This document shows, piece after piece, positions 13,262-24,539 of a stretch of DNA of 64,000 nucleotides. The position numbers were made by a program, and so were the translations under genes. Below the pieces are notes generated by a model. That model was not told where the DNA came from. It worked only from the letters and a program-made list of their open reading frames with translations, and made no database searches. The DNA is from Rhynchopus sp. YZ270_cl-10 (taxonomy: Eukaryota). The stretch is taken from the NCBI GenBank assembly GCA_964035575.1, contig OZ037845.1:1178001-1242000 (forward strand), given 5' to 3'. The number at the start of each line of letters is the position of its first letter. Position 1 is the first letter of the stretch.

Positions 13262-13514
13262 ATGATGACAAAACTTCTTGGCAGCACCGCAAGCTGCTCC
13301 CAATACACCTCTCAGGAGGATATGAGGGTTGGTCTTTCTTTCGCCCCTAGCTGACTCCACAACCTGTGCACATTCACACACCACACCACATCACACCACG
13401 ATGCAACACACAACTGCAGCTTCGGAAGTGATGAAAACCACTGATATGCCGCCCCAGTCGGAGCTCCACGAGCGATGCCCGAATAGGCTTTACAATACCT
13501 TAGGACACCTCTGA
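13262..13514 (+). ncRNA. snoRNA block 2: types F (13262-13354) and A (13428-13514)
   Basis: C and D boxes. F guide TCTTTCGCCCCTA is antisense to LSU UAGGGGCGAAAGA. A guides are antisense to CUGGGGCGGC and AGGUGUCCUAAGG. Confidence 0.88.
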
Positions 13515-13648
13515 TCTCTCTTCTGCCTCGAAACACATCAGGTCTCCTGTTTCTTGGGTTGAGAGGCAACACCACTCCTCTCCTCTCCCAGACAACCCTC
13601 CACACAGATTCTCAACAACACACCACAACACCACCCTCACCACACAAA

Positions 13649-14293
13649 ATGGCACCCACCCTGAAGCTTCAGTACTTCGGCGTCCCTGCGAAGCCTGAGG
13701 CGACCCGTCTTGCCGCACACATCGGTGGCCTTGCGCTTGAGGATGAGCACATTGACTTCCCTGCCTGGGGTGGGGGTCTGAAGGCGAAGGTGGCCCCGCA
13801 GCAGCTGCCGCTTCTGCACGTGGACGGGGAGGTGGTGGGACAGCACAGCGCAATCCTGCGTTACGTTGCGAAACTCGCGAACCTGTACCCCAAGGATGCA
13901 CGTGCGGCGCTGAGTGTGGACGAGACGATTGACTACGCAGATGAGATCTTCGTGATTCTGACCAAGTTGTTTTTCATCCAGGACGAGGACGAGAAGAGGG
14001 TGGCCCGCTGCACTGCCATTGCTGAGGGTGGGGACATCCACAAGTGGCTTGTCTTCCTGGACTCGCGTCTTGCGGGGAAGAAGTACGCTGTGGGTGACTC
14101 CCTGACAGTGGCAGACTTGGTCATCTTCACGCAGGTGCACTTCCTTGTGTCTGGGTTCCTTGACGGTGTCCCGTTGGACTCACTGGTGTCGTTCAAGAAC
14201 CTTGCTGCACACAAGGCTGTGGTTGCAAACCACCCGAAGGTGAAGGAGTACTACGCGTCTGCGGAGGGCCTTCGCACTGTCTTCAAGGCATGA
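13649..14293 (+). CDS. Glutathione S-transferase, Tyr-type (sigma-like), copy 1
   Basis: KLQYF N-terminus, QLPLLHVDG, AILRY and GDSLTVADL N-capping motif. Start taken at MAPTL. Confidence 0.9.
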   Translation: MAPTLKLQYFGVPAKPEATRLAAHIGGLALEDEHIDFPAWGGGLKAKVAPQQLPLLHVDGEVVGQHSAILRYVAKLANLYPKDARAALSVDETIDYADEIFVILTKLFFIQDEDEKRVARCTAIAEGGDIHKWLVFLDSRLAGKKYAVGDSLTVADLVIFTQVHFLVSGFLDGVPLDSLVSFKNLAAHKAVVANHPKVKEYYASAEGLRTVFKA

Positions 14294-14779
14294 GCTGCTT
14301 TGCGCTGACATTGATACATTCGTCTTACATGTTTTCTTTACTTCGATTTTCTTGTTTTTTGACTTGATTGGGTTGGGAGGGATGAATGTGCAATCTTTTG
14401 CAGTTCGCTCTGCACAACGGTGTTATTCAACCCATTGCATTTGTGTTCTGTTCCCATCCCGTCTGTTTTGTTGAACGGCTCATGTTGCAATTGTGTGTGA
14501 TCTGTGTGTTGCACACGAACGTAATTATTGTTGCAAACATGCGTTTTGTTCACATTTTGTTGCTCTCCTCTTCCGTTCCACGTCCACAAGACGTCTGCAC
14601 GGTCACAACTTTCTTTGCTTTCTTTGTGTGTCCATACACACAACTAACTTCGACAACTTACTTCTTTTTCGATTTCAACTTTTTTTTGGTTTGGTTTCTT
14701 TCACTGATCCAGATGACACCAACAAAGAAACGACACGAACCCCTTCCCTTTTTTCTCTTCTGAACATTGACACGAAAAC

Positions 14780-15756
14780 ATGATGAAAACCTTTTAATTG
14801 TCAGTGCTGGCACCAATGTGAGTCTCGACCATGAGCACATACTTTAACCGCTTTGTCTGAAACACTTCTGTTCCCCACCTTTCCACCCTCCTCTGTTGTG
14901 CATGATGAAATCCTGGAACCGCCCTAGCCAAGCCGAAGCAACGCTGTGGATACATTCCAACCTCACCTGACTGCTGACACAACGCAAACCACACTCCACA
15001 CTTTCCTTCTCTTCTTGAGTGATGAAACATTACGCACATTTGACTAGAGTCTCGGACAGCACAGCTGCATGACCGAGTAAAGCAACATACTCATTGATTC
15101 TGACAAGACACATTTCAGGTTCTCTTCTTTCGGGAGCACACTTCCGTCTCCACACAGCAACATGATGCACAAAACACAACCATTCGGCCAGAGGTGGCCA
15201 ACAAAGTCACGGCACCCTCGGTGGGGCTCGAAAAATTATGTCAAACTCAACAGGTCTGATTGTTGCTGCTCTCCTCTTTTGAACACAACCACTTCACATG
15301 ACACCACACACAGCGAGCATGATGACAAAACTTCTTGGCAGCACCGCAAGCTGCTCCCAATACACCTCTCAGGAGGATATGAGGGTTGGTCTTTCTTTCG
15401 CCCCTAGCTGACTCCACAACCTGTGCACGTTCACACACCACATCACATCACATCACATCACATCACATCACATCACATCACATCACATCACATCACATCA
15501 CATCACATCACATCACATCACATCACATCACATCACATCACATCACATCACATCACATCACATCACATCACATCACATCACATCACATCACATCACATCA
15601 CATCACATCACATCACATCACATCACATCACATCACATCACGATGCAACACACAACTGCAGCTTCGGAAGTGATGAAAACCACTGATATGCCGCCCCAGT
15701 CGGAGCTCCACGAGCGATGCCCGAATAGGCTTTACAATACCTTAGGACACCTCTGA
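14780..15756 (+). ncRNA. snoRNA block 3: types B (14780-14860), C (14902-14977), D (15019-15103), E (15162-15259), F (15319-15411), A (15670-15756)
   Basis: Six consecutive C...D box units separated by pyrimidine- or CA-rich spacers. D has stem TCTTG/CAAGA and guide TTGACTAGAGTC antisense to LSU GACUCUAGU. Confidence 0.88.
15439..15641. repeat. (CACAT)n microsatellite, about 40 units, in the F-A spacer
   Basis: Perfect pentamer array. The same spacer has only 1-4 units in other blocks. Confidence 0.97.
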
Positions 15757-16111
15757 TCTCTCTTCTGCCTTGAAACACATGAATACTATTTCGATTGAGG
15801 AGCTGTTGATGTGATGGAAGGAGCGACACCTCGTACCCCACAAACACACCACATGAATTCTTTATTCCTGTCCATAATGGTGCCTTTGGTGTGCTCCCCG
15901 TCTGAATGCTGCTCTGTCTGCGATGCAGCTGCTTGGAATGACGACGTTGGGTGTGACGTGGCTGGTGCGATAATGGCTGACAAGAGTACTTCAGTCTATT
16001 AATATCAAGGAGTTTCTCGAGACTTGACGTGTTATTTACTTGCATTTCTTATTGAAAATGATGCACAATTATTGGTGTGATTCAGGGGGTACGGAGAACG
16101 CTGCTAGGGTG

Positions 16112-16811
16112 CAGAGTCCGCGGAACACCCCCGTTCACCCCGTCCCGGACGGGGGTCAATTATTTTCCAAAAACCGACCCCCGTCCCAAACCCCCGTCCA
16201 GGGACGGGGGTTTTGGATTTTTTTTTGGGGGGGAGGAGGGGCCCATATTATGGGGAATTTTTTGAGATACCATCGAGCCGGACTCAATTGGTCAAACGTC
16301 GAAGGAAAAGGAAGCACGCAGCATGGCGAAAGGAAAAAAGTAGCGTACCGTGCGCCTGCGGCGCAAGCCTGCATCACACCATTCCCGTGACATTGTTTGC
16401 CTGTAAAAATGTACAATTTTAAGCGCATTTTTTTGAAATGTTGCGTACCGTGGCTTCGCTTGGAACCTTTGGGTGACATACCGCCGTTTCTTTTGTAAAA
16501 AAACTGAGGTTACTGATAATTCGTGCACCATGTGTGCCTGGTGCAAATATCAATAAAGTGCCGAACTCCGCCGTCGGATAACCGAGCAATTCTCACATTC
16601 CGCCGGAGGCCCCCAACTTGAGCTGGGGTGGGGACCCGGGCGCGCGAAGCGCGCCCGGGCTCGACCGAGTTTTGATCTTCTTCTTCCTGTGACTAGCTTG
16701 TCAGCGGACGGAGAAAGCTCGGGAGAGGTTTTTTTTTTTTTTGTTTTTTGGGCGGGACGGGGGTTGGAAGGGGGTGCATAATTAATTTTCGGGGGAGGTC
16801 CGCGGGCTCTG
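16112..16811. mobile_element. Non-autonomous hAT element, 700 bp
   Basis: TIRs CAGAGTCCGCGGA / TCCGCGGGCTCTG (1 mismatch). Perfect 8-bp TSD CTAGGGTG at 16104-16111 and 16812-16819. Confidence 0.88.
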
Positions 16812-17021
16812 CTAGGGTGGCTGTTTTTGTTTTTGTTCTCGGTTGTCACAAGGCCGTTCAGGATGGTGCCAGTCGGACGTTCTGGGTGTGGAAAGAGCAC
16901 TATCGAAGGAACTTTGGTGATATTGTATTTCCAGGATGACAAGAGAAAAGATGCCGGACAAACGAACGACCCCGGAGTACGGTGCTGCCGCAGGACCTTG
17001 CAACAACACAGGAGACGTTAG
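16812..17021 (+). pseudogene. Possible P-loop NTPase gene fragment interrupted by the hAT element
   Basis: Walker-A-like VGRSGCGKST in a short frame that rejoins the 16077 frame when the element is removed. No full-length ORF. Confidence 0.25.
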
Positions 17022-17761
17022 TTCCAGTGGTAGTGTTGGGTGCAAGATAGTTACGGCGATGTGTTGCAGAAGCAAGTGTGTTGGGAACCCTAATGTGCTT
17101 GTCGAACGCCAGTCTTTATGTGTCAGGCCAGGCTTCCGTCTGCTACATTCTTCATTGCGAAGAGGTGTACTGTCTGTCTATCTTTTGTGTGAATCATGTA
17201 TCAAGGCACTGTCACGAGAGGGCTTTGTATTGCAAGTCTTTATTTGTACATGCAGAGCGTGATGGTGTGGCTGGAGGAGACGCAGAAGCAGAAGACATTG
17301 GCGATGCAAGCGCAACAGCCCACATCCACGAGACGTCTTCACGATCACAACTTTCTTTGTGTGTCATACACACATCTTACTTCGTTTTTGATTTCAACTT
17401 TTTTTTTAGTTTGGTTGCTTTCACTGACCCAGATGACACTAACAAACAAACGACACCAACCCTCTCACCATGGTGGTCAAGGACCACCTCGCATCAGTGT
17501 CCGAGTCGCGGCGTCTTTTTGGCGTAGGTAGTCTACAGAAGAGGGTGGGTCACTCTTTGTGTCCAGAAGGAAGTAATAAATATGTAACAGTACTCACCCC
17601 ACCAGCCCCACACGCACCCCAAAGTTCCCTTCCTCCCCTACTTTTTTACACTTTGCCAAGCTCTCTCCCACCTCCGCTTACCTCAGTACCCAAAAGCCCC
17701 TCGCACACCACACCACATTCCGACAGGAACTTTGCACACAAACAAACAGCACCCTTCGAAG

Positions 17762-19237
17762 ATGAAGATGCTCTCAATCACCGTGTCAGCACTGCTCGCG
17801 TCTGTCGCGTCTGCAGACGTGAACTGCTGCCTGCAGCACCCCACCTGCCCGCTTGGGTTTGTGGAGACGGCGACACCGTGCACACCAGAGGGACTGCAGA
17901 GCGGGACATGCACGACAGCGTCTGCGTGCTGCACCACCATCACGTGCAGGCAGATTGTGCAGGGGTGCGACACGAACGCCGACTGCCCGAAAACACAGTT
18001 CTGCCGCGCCACTCGTGACACCTCCTCGCCCGACCTTTTTGCGTGCCTCACAACAAAGGAATGTGTCGACTACCAGCCTGAGGGTGCAGGTTGTGGCGGC
18101 TTCACCCTGCCCTGCTTCTACAACAGGTGCGCTTCGGGACTCACCTGCCAGTGTTCGGAGCCAACGTGCGACGCACCTGGAACCTGTGTGAAGGAGACTG
18201 CCCCTCCGGCACCCACTGTTGTGAACGGCTGCGACACGAACGCCGACTGCCCGAAAACACAGTTCTGCCGCGCCACACGTGACACCTCCTCTCCCGACCG
18301 GTTCGCATGCCTCACAACAAAGGAGTGTGTTGACTACCAGCCTGAGGGTGCGGGTTGTGGCGGCTACACCCTGCCCTGCTTCTACAACAGGTGTGCTTCG
18401 GGACTCACCTGCCAGTGCTCGGAGCCGACGTGCGACGCACCCGGAACCTGTGTGAAGGAGACTGCCCCTCCGGCACCCACTGTTGTGACTGGGTGCGACA
18501 CGAACGCCGACTGCCCGAGCACGCAGTTCTGCCGCGCCACTCGCGACACCTCTTCGCCCGACCAGTTCGCATGCCTCACAACAAAGGAGTGTGTTGACTA
18601 CCAGCCTGAGGGTGCGGGTTGTGGCGGCTTCACCCTGCCCTGCTTCTACAACAGGTGTGCTTCGGGACTCACCTGCCAGTGCTCGGAGCCGACGTGCGAC
18701 GCACCCGGAACCTGTGTGAAGGAGACCCCCCCGACCCCGCCGACCCCCTCCTTCTGCTCCGCACAGGGCCCCACCTGTGGCACAGGCTTTGATGCCTGCA
18801 AGCCTGGCTACACCTGCACCGTTGACCCTACCTGCCAGGGCCCAAGGTGCCAGAAGTGCTGTGTGCGTGACGAGGAGCCCTGCTGCCCCGCCCCGCTTTC
18901 CTGCCCTGCCGGCTACGGCGCTGTTGAGGGCACAGACGCACTCATCTGCAGGATCGACATGCTGCTGGCACTGCTCACGGGAAGCACCAGCGCCTGTGTG
19001 GAGGTGACTGACCAGAAGCAGGATGGCTGCTGCGAGGACGTGATCTGCAGGAAGCAGGCCATGTGCGGAGACAAGGCGTCGTGCACAGCCTCCACCGGCT
19101 GCACTGCGCGTGACCACGTGTGCGTTGCGGGATCTGACGGCGCCAGCTGCTGTGTGTTCAACCAGTGTGTGCTCATGGACTGCGGTGACCAGAAGCGCTG
19201 CATGCTGGACAGCGAGGGCCGTGGACAGTGCATCTGA
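17762..19237 (+). CDS. Secreted cysteine-rich protein with three 88-aa (264-bp) tandem domains
   Basis: Signal peptide MKMLSITVSALLASVASA. Repeats of GCDTNADCP...EGAGCGG...RCASGLTC. Strong GC3 bias, intronless. Confidence 0.88.
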   Translation: MKMLSITVSALLASVASADVNCCLQHPTCPLGFVETATPCTPEGLQSGTCTTASACCTTITCRQIVQGCDTNADCPKTQFCRATRDTSSPDLFACLTTKECVDYQPEGAGCGGFTLPCFYNRCASGLTCQCSEPTCDAPGTCVKETAPPAPTVVNGCDTNADCPKTQFCRATRDTSSPDRFACLTTKECVDYQPEGAGCGGYTLPCFYNRCASGLTCQCSEPTCDAPGTCVKETAPPAPTVVTGCDTNADCPSTQFCRATRDTSSPDQFACLTTKECVDYQPEGAGCGGFTLPCFYNRCASGLTCQCSEPTCDAPGTCVKETPPTPPTPSFCSAQGPTCGTGFDACKPGYTCTVDPTCQGPRCQKCCVRDEEPCCPAPLSCPAGYGAVEGTDALICRIDMLLALLTGSTSACVEVTDQKQDGCCEDVICRKQAMCGDKASCTASTGCTARDHVCVAGSDGASCCVFNQCVLMDCGDQKRCMLDSEGRGQCI

Positions 19238-20310
19238 GTGTGGCTGTGACTGTGACTGTGACTGTGACAGTGCTCAGCTTACAAATGTTTTCTTGGCTGC
19301 ACTTTTTCTTTGCAGGTGGGATCATATGCTAGTTTTTCAAGTTTTCACTTTTCTCTTTTCTCTACTTTAAAATATTCGCATCGTGTCGTTTTTACAACGT
19401 GTTCTCGTTTTTTTCGGGCTTTTATATTAGCAGTTGCTTTTTTGTGGATGTGACAAAGCGAGGCTGCCAGCACACATGAGATCCTTCTTCTCCTGTCTTG
19501 CGTCTTCCTCATTCGCAGTAACAACTTTGCAGCTGCTTTTTTTTCACCTGACGATTTCCCTCTTTTTGAGGGCCACGTTGTTGTTTTGAAACGCACATTT
19601 TTCGGTTATGTCATTTTTTCTATTTTCCATGTTCGCATTGTTGTGTCCCCTTTTTGTGTCCTTCTTTTGTCATGTTTGTCCAGGACCCTTTCCCTGCAGA
19701 CACCACCTCGTCTGCAGTGCTTCCATCCTTAAAACTATCATCCCCTGCGCGCAACTTCACTACCACACCTGCAAGGTGTGGACTGGAACGTTGACTTGAT
19801 CGTGCGGGGGACAGAGACAGAGAGGGGAAGCTGTGCCTGTACGGTGCGGAATGTGTGTTTTGGGCGCAGTGTCACACTGCTGTTTTTTCAATTTTAATTT
19901 TAATTTTTTTATTGTTTTTCTTTTCCTTTTCCCTTTCCTCCCCCGCCCCCCACGTGCAAACACACATGCACCGACGATGCGCACCAAGTTTGCCGTTGCT
20001 CTGTGTGTGTGTGATGTTCTGCACGACCTTCTCTCTGTCTTGAGGGGTTCTTTTTTTTGTGTGTACTCTCTCCTTTTCCCTTGTTTGCACCTTTGCAAAA
20101 AGAGGGAAAGGCGGGCCTGAAATAAAAGTAAAACCTCACAACAGGTTTTCGTCAGGACCACATCCTCAGCAGAAGAAAACAAAGTAAAACCAAAATAAAT
20201 ACCCTGTGTTGCCCATCCTTTTGCTACTTTGTCACCACCTCACCACCCTTCCCTTTTCAAACGACACCAACCCCTTCCCTTTTTTCTCTTCTGAACATTG
20301 ACACGAAAGC

Positions 20311-20391
20311 ATGATGAAAACATTTTAATTGTCAGTGCTGGCACCAATGTGAGTCTCGACCATGAGCACATACTTTAACCGCTTTGTCTGA
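20311..20391 (+). ncRNA. snoRNA block 4: single type B C/D snoRNA upstream of beta-tubulin
   Basis: ATGATGA...CTGA. Guide GTGCTGGCACCA is antisense to SSU UGGUGCCAGCA(C). Confidence 0.82.
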
Positions 20392-20484
20392 AACACTTCC
20401 GTATTGCGCTCTCACCCCTTCACATTTCATATTTCACATGCGCAACACACCACACTCACTCATGCCACCCCACACAGAGTTTAA

Positions 20485-21849
<1,365 letters not shown>

Positions 21850-22293
21850 ATGCGCCCAGCACTCCCGTGTGTGTGACTGTGACTGAGACCAAGACCTGAA
21901 CCAAGACGCCACACACACACACACACGTCTTTTGCTTTGATTTGTTGTTGTTTTTTTCTCTTTTCACTCTTTTGTTGTGTTTGTAATTATCTATTCTGGT
22001 CAAGTTCGTTTGATTAAAAAGAAAAGCAATTTTCGCAACTCCTATTCGATCCACGCTGAGGTGAGGAGCGAGCCTCGGTACTCCATCCTGTTCCCCCTTC
22101 CCAACCCTGTTGTTTTTTGTACACGGGTCTTCACTTCTTTGTGGAGGTACGGAAGCTTTCGTAGCTTCCCCTCAAAACGTGTGCAGTATTTTTCTTAAAA
22201 AAGTAAGAATATGACCCCCACCCCTTTTTGTCGACAGTCTTGAGAAAATTTTTTCTGAACAGTGCATAAAGCACTATCACAGCCGACACGTTC

Positions 22294-23066
22294 ATGATGA
22301 CCTTAAATGACTCCTGAAGGCACGCCCCAGCAAGGCGTGTCCTGTGTTGACATAGATTATGAGTCTCAAAGTGCAGGATCAGCCATCTGACTACGACTGC
22401 TTGCTGTGTCTTGCTGTGAAGTTGAACCGCCGCCCGCACAGGGAAGGTGCTGTAATGTGCACTCTATCCCTAGTCTAGGTGGGCGCAGATGCTCCTCTCT
22501 CCACCACATGCTGTTGTGCAGAGCACAGCACAGCACACTCCTTTCTCCACCCGATGATGATAAACTTGGCATTTGGATTGAAGCCTCGGCTGTTGAAACC
22601 AAAACCTTTCTACCTTAACATATCTTGCTGAGCACACTTCCGTCTCCACACAGCAACATGATGCACAAACACAACCATTCGGCCAGAGGTGGCCAACAAA
22701 GTCACGGCACCCTCAGTGGGGCTCGAAAAATTATGTCAAACTCAACAGGTCTGATTGTTGCTGCTCTCCTCTTTTGAACACAACCACTTCGCATGACACC
22801 ACACACAGCGAGCATGATGACAAAACTTCTTGGCAGCACCGCAAGCTGCTCCCAATACACCTCTCAGGAGGATATGAGGGTTGGTCTTTCTTTCGCCCCT
22901 AGCTGACTCCACAACCTGTGCACATTCACACATCACATCACATCACACCACGATGCAACACACAACTGCAGCTTCGGAAGTGATGAAAACCACTGATATG
23001 CCGCCCCAGTCGGAGCTCCACGAGCGATGCCCGAATAGGCTTTACAATACCTTAGGACACCTCTGA
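22294..23066 (+). ncRNA. snoRNA block 5: G (22294-22390), putative AGA-box H/ACA RNA H (22428-22492), I (22554-22631), E (22658-22754), F (22814-22906), A (22980-23066)
   Basis: C/D boxes in five units. G guide GCAGGATCAGCCA is antisense to the SSU 5' end UGGYUGAUCCUGC. H is a hairpin followed by AGA+3 nt. Confidence 0.85.
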
Positions 23067-23200
23067 TCTCTCTTCTGCCTCGAAACACATCAGGTCTCCT
23101 GTTTCTTGGGTTGAGAGGCAACACCACTCCTCTCCTCTCCCAGACAACCCTCCACACAGATTCTCAACAACACACCACAACACCACCCTCACCACACAAA

Positions 23201-23845
23201 ATGGCACCCACCCTGAAGCTTCAGTACTTCGGCGTCCCTGCGAAGCCTGAGGCGACCCGTCTTGCCGCACACATCGGTGGCCTTGCGCTTGAGGATGAGC
23301 ACATTGACTTCCCTGCCTGGGGTGGGGGTCTGAAGGCGAAGGTGGCCCCGCAGCAGCTGCCGCTTCTGCACGTGGACGGGGAGGTGGTGGGACAGCACAG
23401 CGCAATCCTGCGTTACGTTGCGAAACTCGCGAACCTGTACCCCAAGGATGCACGTGCGGCGCTGAGTGTGGACGAGACGATTGACTACGCAGATGAGATC
23501 TTCGTGATTCTGACCAAGTTGTTTTTCATCCAGGACGAGGACGAGAAGAGGGTGGCCCGCTGCACTGCCATTGCTGAGGGTGGGGACATCCACAAGTGGC
23601 TTGTCTTCCTGGACTCGCGTCTTGCGGGGAAGAAGTACGCTGTGGGTGACTCCCTGACAGTGGCAGACTTGGTCATCTTCACGCAGGTGCACTTCCTTGT
23701 GTCTGGGTTCCTTGACGGTGTCCCGTTGGACTCACTGGTGTCGTTCAAGAACCTTGCTGCACACAAGGCTGTGGTTGCAAACCACCCGAAGGTGAAGGAG
23801 TACTACGCGTCTGCGGAGGGCCTTCGCACTGTCTTCAAGGCATGA
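23201..23845 (+). CDS. Glutathione S-transferase, copy 2 (protein identical to copy 1)
   Basis: Same translation as 13649-14293. Confidence 0.9.
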   Translation: MAPTLKLQYFGVPAKPEATRLAAHIGGLALEDEHIDFPAWGGGLKAKVAPQQLPLLHVDGEVVGQHSAILRYVAKLANLYPKDARAALSVDETIDYADEIFVILTKLFFIQDEDEKRVARCTAIAEGGDIHKWLVFLDSRLAGKKYAVGDSLTVADLVIFTQVHFLVSGFLDGVPLDSLVSFKNLAAHKAVVANHPKVKEYYASAEGLRTVFKA

Positions 23846-24355
23846 GCTGCTTTGGGCTGACATTGACTTCCTTTCACTTTGATACATTCGTCTTACATGT
23901 TTTCTTTACTTCGATTTTCTTGTTTTTTTTGACTTGATTGGGTTGGGAGGAATTCATGTGCAATCTTTTGCAGTTCGCTCTGCGCAACGGGTGTTCTTTA
24001 ACCCATTGCATTTGTGTTCTGTTCCCATCCCGTCTGTTTTGTTGAACGGCTCATGTTGCAATTGTGTGTGATCTGTGTGTTGCACACGAACGTAATTATT
24101 GTTGCAAACATGAGTTTTGTTCTTCACATTTTGTTGCTCTCCTCTTCCGTTCCACGTCCACAAGACGTCTGCACGGTCACAACTTTCTTTGCTTTCTTTG
24201 TGTGTCCATACACACAACTAACTTCGACAGCTTACTTCTTTTTCGATTTCAACTTTTTTTTTTGGTTTGGTTTCTTTCACTGATCCAGATGACACCAACA
24301 AATAAACGACACGAACCCCTTCCCTTTTTTCTCTTCTGAACATTGACACGAAAAC

Positions 24356-24436
24356 ATGATGAAAACCTTTTAATTGTCAGTGCTGGCACCAATGTGAGTC
24401 TCGACCATGAGCACGTACTTTAACCGCTTTGTCTGA
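24356..24436 (+). ncRNA. snoRNA block 6: single type B
   Basis: Near-identical to 14780-14860. Confidence 0.82.
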
Positions 24437-24539
24437 AATACTTTCCTCCGCGTACTGCATTCTTGCGGGTGTGGGCGACCCCAACACTCCACTACAAATA
24501 CGACATCAGCTTTTGCTTTCAAAAACAAAGAATAGAACA

